From an uncultured Nitrospiraceae bacterium (GTDB taxonomy: Bacteria; Nitrospirota; Nitrospiria; Nitrospirales; Nitrospiraceae): a stretch of DNA of 64,000 nt. The stretch spans positions 576,001 through 640,000 of the forward strand of contig CAVPLT010000007.1 in NCBI GenBank assembly GCA_963706325.1, written 5' to 3'. Numbering within the stretch: the first letter of the stretch is position 1; each line of letters starts with the position of its first letter. The notes beneath the pieces were generated by a model that made no database searches, was not told the origin of the DNA, and saw nothing but the letters and a program-made list of their open reading frames with translations. This document shows, in pieces, positions 59,418-64,000 of the stretch. The translations under genes and the position numbers were made by a program.

Positions 59418-60380
59418 ATGCTTGAAACACGATTCAAAATTATCTTCCTCGTCGTCGTGTTGTTTGCCGCAAGCTTGCCCCTCATAGCCATCCTTCGCGG
59501 AACGATTTCCACTCCGTTTGAAGCTGAGCCTCCGCATGGGGAAGAAAATTCTGGGTGGCCTTCCGCTGAGCCGGAAGTCGTGGAAGAGCCTATCGCTGAG
59601 GAGCTTATCCCAATTCCTGCGGGCCCGTTCGTGCGTGGAACGAATGGAGGGGGATTTGATGAGCGTCCTGAACGGACGATTTACCTCGATGGTTTTTTTA
59701 TTGATCGTTACGAAGTGACGAACGCCCAATACGCCGCCTTTGTGAAGGCAACGGGCCATCGAAAATCAGGGCCACCATCACGCTATGCGAAAAATACAGC
59801 CCGTATGCGAGGAGTGAACCAGCCGGTTGTCTATGTATCCTGGGAGGATGCGAAAGCCTACTGTGAGTGGCGTGGTAGACGATTACCTACTGAGGCGGAA
59901 TGGGAAAAGGCCATGCGTGGTACGGATGGCCGTCTCTGGCCATGGGGTAATGTCGAAATCCAGGATGGGGCGAATTGGGCCCGTGTGGATGATGGTTTTG
60001 AAGTTGCCGCACCGGTAGGTCAAGTGCGGAGTGATGTGAGCCCCTATGGAGTCATGGATGGCGCTGGCAATGTCATGGAGTGGGTGGATGATTGGTATCA
60101 GGAAAACGCGTACGCTGGGTCTTTGGAGAGAAATCCGGCAAGTCCAGAGTACGGCACGTACAAGGTGCTGCGCGGAGGGGGGTATACGAGTTCTGGGTCG
60201 GACTTGCGCATTACGACACGCAGCAAGATGATGCTGGATTTTCGAGATGAAACCATCGGGTTTCGCTGTGCGCAATCAGGTGCGGGGAATGGTGGCTCGC
60301 AAGGGGGAAGGGTTTCGGGAAAATCGCAGGAAATCACAGGAAATCAAAGTAGTAGAGGATCAGGAACACGGCCAAAATGA
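59418..60380 (+). CDS. Second membrane-anchored FGE-sulfatase fold protein
   Basis: N-terminal TM helix; RLPTEAEWEKAMRG, GNVMEWV, RGGG, GFRC. Confidence 0.9.
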   Translation: MLETRFKIIFLVVVLFAASLPLIAILRGTISTPFEAEPPHGEENSGWPSAEPEVVEEPIAEELIPIPAGPFVRGTNGGGFDERPERTIYLDGFFIDRYEVTNAQYAAFVKATGHRKSGPPSRYAKNTARMRGVNQPVVYVSWEDAKAYCEWRGRRLPTEAEWEKAMRGTDGRLWPWGNVEIQDGANWARVDDGFEVAAPVGQVRSDVSPYGVMDGAGNVMEWVDDWYQENAYAGSLERNPASPEYGTYKVLRGGGYTSSGSDLRITTRSKMMLDFRDETIGFRCAQSGAGNGGSQGGRVSGKSQEITGNQSSRGSGTRPK

Positions 60381-60382
60381 TA

Positions 60383-60411
60383 TTGACAACCATTCCAGCC
60401 AAAACTATAAT
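60383..60411 (+). promoter_or_regulatory. Perfect-consensus sigma70 promoter
   Basis: TTGACA (60383-88), 17-nt spacer, TATAAT (60406-11). Confidence 0.85.
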
Positions 60412-60536
60412 GTCGAACACTTTTGAATTTTTAGCCATAAAAATCCCTTTTAAAAACATGCAAATGAGGGATTTTGATTAACACAGCCTAGTTGGTGTGT
60501 CAATTCAAAATACGTACTTAAACCGTTGGGAGAATC

Positions 60537-60656
60537 ATGATGGAAGCTGCTCAGGGGGACGTCTCAATTAAAATCGGCAAAATGATTTTCTATATCACCT
60601 GTGCAATGGGTATTTGGTTTTTCTATTGGATGGCAGGGATTCAATGCCCTTGCTGA
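60537..60656 (+). CDS. 39-aa single-TM peptide (not in ORF track)
   Basis: GGGAG RBS; MMEAAQGDVSIKIGKMIFYITCAMGIWFFYWMAGIQCPC*. Confidence 0.65.
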   Translation: MMEAAQGDVSIKIGKMIFYITCAMGIWFFYWMAGIQCPC

Positions 60657-60707
60657 GGCTGGCTTCCGGACGAGGAAACTGCTTGTACATGTTGAGGGGG
60701 GTTTGAG

Positions 60708-60830
60708 ATGGGCCAAACAATTGTGTATTTCATCGTATCCGTGTTGATATGCGTCACGTTTTTTACGGCCGTTGATCACTTTTTGATGGATGCGCAAGGA
60801 TTGGATTTTTGGTATCTCTTGCGGAAGTAG
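60708..60830 (+). CDS. 40-aa single-TM peptide (not in ORF track)
   Basis: GAGGGG RBS; MGQTIVYFIVSVLICVTFFTAVDHFLMDAQGLDFWYLLRK*. Confidence 0.65.
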   Translation: MGQTIVYFIVSVLICVTFFTAVDHFLMDAQGLDFWYLLRK

Positions 60831-60888
60831 ACATTGAAGTAAGGTTTGAGTTGTTGCTCACGTACGCGATGTATCAAGGAGGTAACCC

Positions 60889-62808
60889 ATGGGCTCTGTA
60901 ACCCGCACGAAGTTGATGTCGGTCATGGCGCTGTGCGCGATGATTGGCCTTCTCCTTCTGCCCGTTCTGGTTGCGATCCCTGCCCTTGCCAGCGACAGCG
61001 GCGCGCCAGCGGCTGGCGTGAAAAAAGAGGGTGGTGATGCAAAAGTTGAGAAGGGCAAGGATGTTTATTATAAGACGGAAGGGATTGTTTCTGGCCCTCC
61101 GGCTCCTAAGACGACCGATAGCGAAAAGGACTATCCTCGTTACAACTTCGAGAGCCGCGTTCTTCTTTGGATTGCCAATCAGCAGCATCTTTACTATGGC
61201 AGCTTCGTGTTGGCCGTCCCCATTTTCTGTATGATCATCGAGTTCATGGGTGTTGTGAGCAAGGATAAAGCGTTAGCCAAGCGATACGACCAGCTGGCCT
61301 ATGATTTTATTAAGATCAGTTTGACGGCGTATTCCTTGACGGCAATTCTGGGCGGAATTCTGATCTTTACCTTTCTGACTCTCTATCCCGCCTTCTTCCA
61401 ATATCTGTCCGGTATCTTTAGGCCGGTCATGCACATCTATGCATTGATGTTCGTGGCAGAGAGCGGAACTCTCTACATTTATTATTATGGTTGGGACAAG
61501 ATGAAGGAGGGATTCCTGAAGTGGATTCACCTCAGCATGTCCGTAGTCCTGAACGTTATCGGAACGGTCTTAATGTTCCTGGCGAACTCGTGGATCGGCT
61601 TCATGATGTCGCCGGCAGGAGTCGATGAGCAGGGACGGTTTCTCGGCAATATCTGGCACGTGATCCATACTGCCCTGTGGAACCCTCTGAACTTGCACCG
61701 TATTCTCGGCAACATGGCGTTTGGTGGTGGCGTCGTCGCGGCTTATTCCGCCTACCGGTTCCTGTCGGCTAAAACCGATGAGGAGCGCGCTCATTATGAC
61801 TGGATGGGCTACATCGCCATGGCCCTCGGGGTGTCGTTCTTGATCCCATTGCCATTCGCTGGCTATTGGTTGATGCGCGAGGTCTACGCCTATCGGCAGC
61901 AGATGGGTATCACCTTGATGGGCGGGTTGCTAGCCTGGTTGTTTATTATTCAGGCAACCATGATCGGCATTCTATTTCTCAGCACCAACTACTATCTTTG
62001 GCAGGCGCTCGGCCGGATGCGCGGTGCGGAAAAGTATCAACGGTACATTAAGTATCTTGTTTTCCTGCAGACTTGCGGTTTCTTAGTCTTTATTACCCCG
62101 CATACGATGGTGATGTCTCCGGCTGAATTGAAGGCCATGGGTGGTCAGCAGCACCCGGTGCTTGGTAACTATGGTGTTATGTCGGCCAAGAACGGCGGCA
62201 TCAACGTGGTAATCACGACAACCATATTGAGCTTCGTGTGGTATATGCGAGGCAATAAGATCTCCACGGTGTCGTGGTCAAAGTTCGGCAATATTTTCAT
62301 GGGCTGCTTTTTCTTCTTTGCCTATCTCAATATTATCTTGCTGGCCATTTACGGGTACTACATTCCTGCCAACGTACGCGTAGGGCTTTCTGTGCCACAG
62401 GTGGCGACCACGTTATCTTGCCTGTTCTTCATGTTTGCGCTCAACAGCGTCATGATGAAGGGTGCGAAGCAAATGGGTCCTATTGAATGGGGTAAAATTT
62501 CCGTTCGATCGCAGTATGCACTCATCATGTTGGCAACAGCCTTTACATGGATGATGGGGCTGATGGGATATATCCGGTCGTCTGTCCGCCTGTTTTGGCA
62601 CGTTAATGAGATTATGCGCGACAACTCTCCGTGGGCTTACACGCACACGGTCGGTTTTGCTGCGAACATGATCTCTTTCAACGTGTTGTTCTTCTGGACC
62701 ACCATCATGTTTGTATTTTGGTTAGGTGCCCTCGCGGCCAAGAAGGCTCCAGTCGAGGCAAAGGCAGCTGTGCCTGGAAGAGCGACCGCCCCTGCGGTCG
62801 GCCACTAG
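60889..62808 (+). CDS. Cytochrome bd-like oxidase subunit I, paralog B
   Basis: AAGGAGGT RBS; QQHLYYGSFVLAVP, ANSWIGFMMSPAG, NLHRILG; colinear homology with 55485-57353. Confidence 0.88.
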   Translation: MGSVTRTKLMSVMALCAMIGLLLLPVLVAIPALASDSGAPAAGVKKEGGDAKVEKGKDVYYKTEGIVSGPPAPKTTDSEKDYPRYNFESRVLLWIANQQHLYYGSFVLAVPIFCMIIEFMGVVSKDKALAKRYDQLAYDFIKISLTAYSLTAILGGILIFTFLTLYPAFFQYLSGIFRPVMHIYALMFVAESGTLYIYYYGWDKMKEGFLKWIHLSMSVVLNVIGTVLMFLANSWIGFMMSPAGVDEQGRFLGNIWHVIHTALWNPLNLHRILGNMAFGGGVVAAYSAYRFLSAKTDEERAHYDWMGYIAMALGVSFLIPLPFAGYWLMREVYAYRQQMGITLMGGLLAWLFIIQATMIGILFLSTNYYLWQALGRMRGAEKYQRYIKYLVFLQTCGFLVFITPHTMVMSPAELKAMGGQQHPVLGNYGVMSAKNGGINVVITTTILSFVWYMRGNKISTVSWSKFGNIFMGCFFFFAYLNIILLAIYGYYIPANVRVGLSVPQVATTLSCLFFMFALNSVMMKGAKQMGPIEWGKISVRSQYALIMLATAFTWMMGLMGYIRSSVRLFWHVNEIMRDNSPWAYTHTVGFAANMISFNVLFFWTTIMFVFWLGALAAKKAPVEAKAAVPGRATAPAVGH

Positions 62809-62896
62809 GCAAACGCACAAGAAACGAATCAATGAGGGAAGGCGCCTGGGCTGCTCCTGCAGTCAGGGCCTTCCCCTCCTGCAGGAGGTTTGAGCT

Positions 62897-64000
62897 GTGA
62901 TTGAACTCATTAAAGCGGGCATGGCAATGGGATGGCCTGCATTGGGGCTTCTGGTTGCCCTCTTGTTCTATTTTAAATTTTCCATTTCCGATCCTGCTGC
63001 GAACAAACGAGCAGTCTTCAAGACGTTCATCGGGATTTTGGCCACCTTTCTCCTCTTTATGGCGATTGCCAATTACAAGATGAATTTCTTTGAAGAGTCG
63101 CGGCTTTTGCCCGTTTCTCTCGTTTTGATCACTTGTACGGCATTCATGATGGCGCTCTATTTTACGAATCTCAGCTCCTTGCTGAGGATCGGTGGTTTCA
63201 TGTTTTTCATCGGCGCGGCCCTTTCTGGTTATGGCAATTGGCTGCCGCAGGTCGAGGGAGGGTTTCCGCCCGTTGAAGAGAAGAAAGACTTCAGCAACAT
63301 GCCGCAAACTGAGCTTGCTGACGAAGGTGAGAAAATCATTTTCGGCGGAGTTGGACAAAATAAAGTTCAGGGTGCCATTGGTAAGGGGCAGTGTCCTCTG
63401 TGTCATGCCTTCCACAAAGGGATGTTGGGAGAGCGCGCACCAAACCTGGATGGGCTGCCGGAGCGGGCTGGAACCCAAATCGGAGATGCCAGGTACCATA
63501 AAGGTAATCCTGCCGCTCGGGATTCCAACCAAAAGGAAGCGTTTCCTGGTTCCGGCACCGCTGAAAATGCTCAGGAGTACATTGCGGAATCTCATTCATG
63601 CCCAAGCTGCTTCGTTGTTGCAGGATATGGTGTCAAAGGCACAAACGACAAGGAAAGCCCCATGCCGGCGATCCATAAGCCGCCAATTTCATTGTCCCTG
63701 CCAGAGCTGGCTGCCGTCGACACCTGGCTGTATGTGCGTGAAGGGCGTGAGGCTCCAAGTTTCGATGAAATTGTCAAATCGTATGAAAAATTCATCCCTG
63801 AATCGGATCGCCCAAAGCCTCCTACGGAGGGCGATGCAAAGCCTGGAGCCAGTGCTTTGATGGCCGATGGGACGGAGCCAGTTGATCAGATTTTTGCGAA
63901 AGGCCAGTGTGTAGCTTGCCACACCATTCCTGGTATCGCCGGTGCCACAGGGACTATTGGTCCGAAGTTGGTTGAGGGGACTAACGCACCGCTTAGGATT
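62897..64000 (+). CDS. Membrane-bound c-type cytochrome with at least two hemes (runs off window end; not in ORF track)
   Basis: GGAGG RBS and GTG at 62897; manual translation gives about four TM helices, then CPLCH (~63392), HSCPSC (~63593) and CVACH (~63908); open to the window end. Confidence 0.88.
   Translation, partial: MIELIKAGMAMGWPALGLLVALLFYFKFSISDPAANKRAVFKTFIGILATFLLFMAIANYKMNFFEESRLLPVSLVLITCTAFMMALYFTNLSSLLRIGGFMFFIGAALSGYGNWLPQVEGGFPPVEEKKDFSNMPQTELADEGEKIIFGGVGQNKVQGAIGKGQCPLCHAFHKGMLGERAPNLDGLPERAGTQIGDARYHKGNPAARDSNQKEAFPGSGTAENAQEYIAESHSCPSCFVVAGYGVKGTNDKESPMPAIHKPPISLSLPELAAVDTWLYVREGREAPSFDEIVKSYEKFIPESDRPKPPTEGDAKPGASALMADGTEPVDQIFAKGQCVACHTIPGIAGATGTIGPKLVEGTNAPLRI

Noticed and set aside
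62705..63860. ORFs 62705-63595 (-) and 63192-63860 (+) in the track
   Set aside because: Off-frame or antisense to the real cytochrome CDS starting at 62897, which the track omits because it has no stop inside the window.
1..64000. rRNA, tRNA, CRISPR arrays, transposases, integrases, phage or defence genes
   Set aside because: None recognised by eye; a tRNAscan/Rfam/HMM scan would be needed to exclude divergent examples.

Overview
GC-rich bacterial chromosome segment. Gene content points to a Nitrospira-type (Nitrospirota) genome; this is an inference, not a database result. Layout: (1) 1-12.5 kb: tol-pal operon (tolR end, tolA, tolB, pal, two cpoB/ybgF), then mutL, miaA, mtnP, a PfkB kinase, a PilF-like TPR lipoprotein and rodZ. 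tolA and pal carry frameshifts that look like consensus errors. (2) 12.9-22.4 kb: monoheme cytochrome c, a pseudo-caspase lipoprotein, a carbamoyltransferase/GT-C/GT2 trio, a lipoprotein and DegQ. (3) 22.4-30.3 kb: tatC, mrp, moeA, mobB, a hexaheme cytochrome, an ABC transporter, a 2OG oxygenase and an RRM protein. (4) 30.5-41.5 kb, accessory: TPR protein, a decayed and fused efflux remnant, an NFACT/RqcH protein, a small sigma54-preceded Cys protein, an orphan HExxH enzyme, a MITE-like element, a PKD protein and a KimA-like transporter. (5) 41.8-64 kb: a co-oriented redox island, which is the best candidate for a poorly described system. It holds a 1621-aa six-domain multicopper oxidase, three proteins with amicyanin-type C-x2-H-x2-M copper loops, assembly-like genes, two paralogous cytochrome bd-like subunits with no CydB in the window, two Cys-less FGE-fold proteins, two ~40-aa membrane peptides missed by the ORF track behind a perfect sigma70 promoter, and a membrane di-heme cytochrome c that runs off the window. 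No rRNA, tRNA or CRISPR array was recognised.
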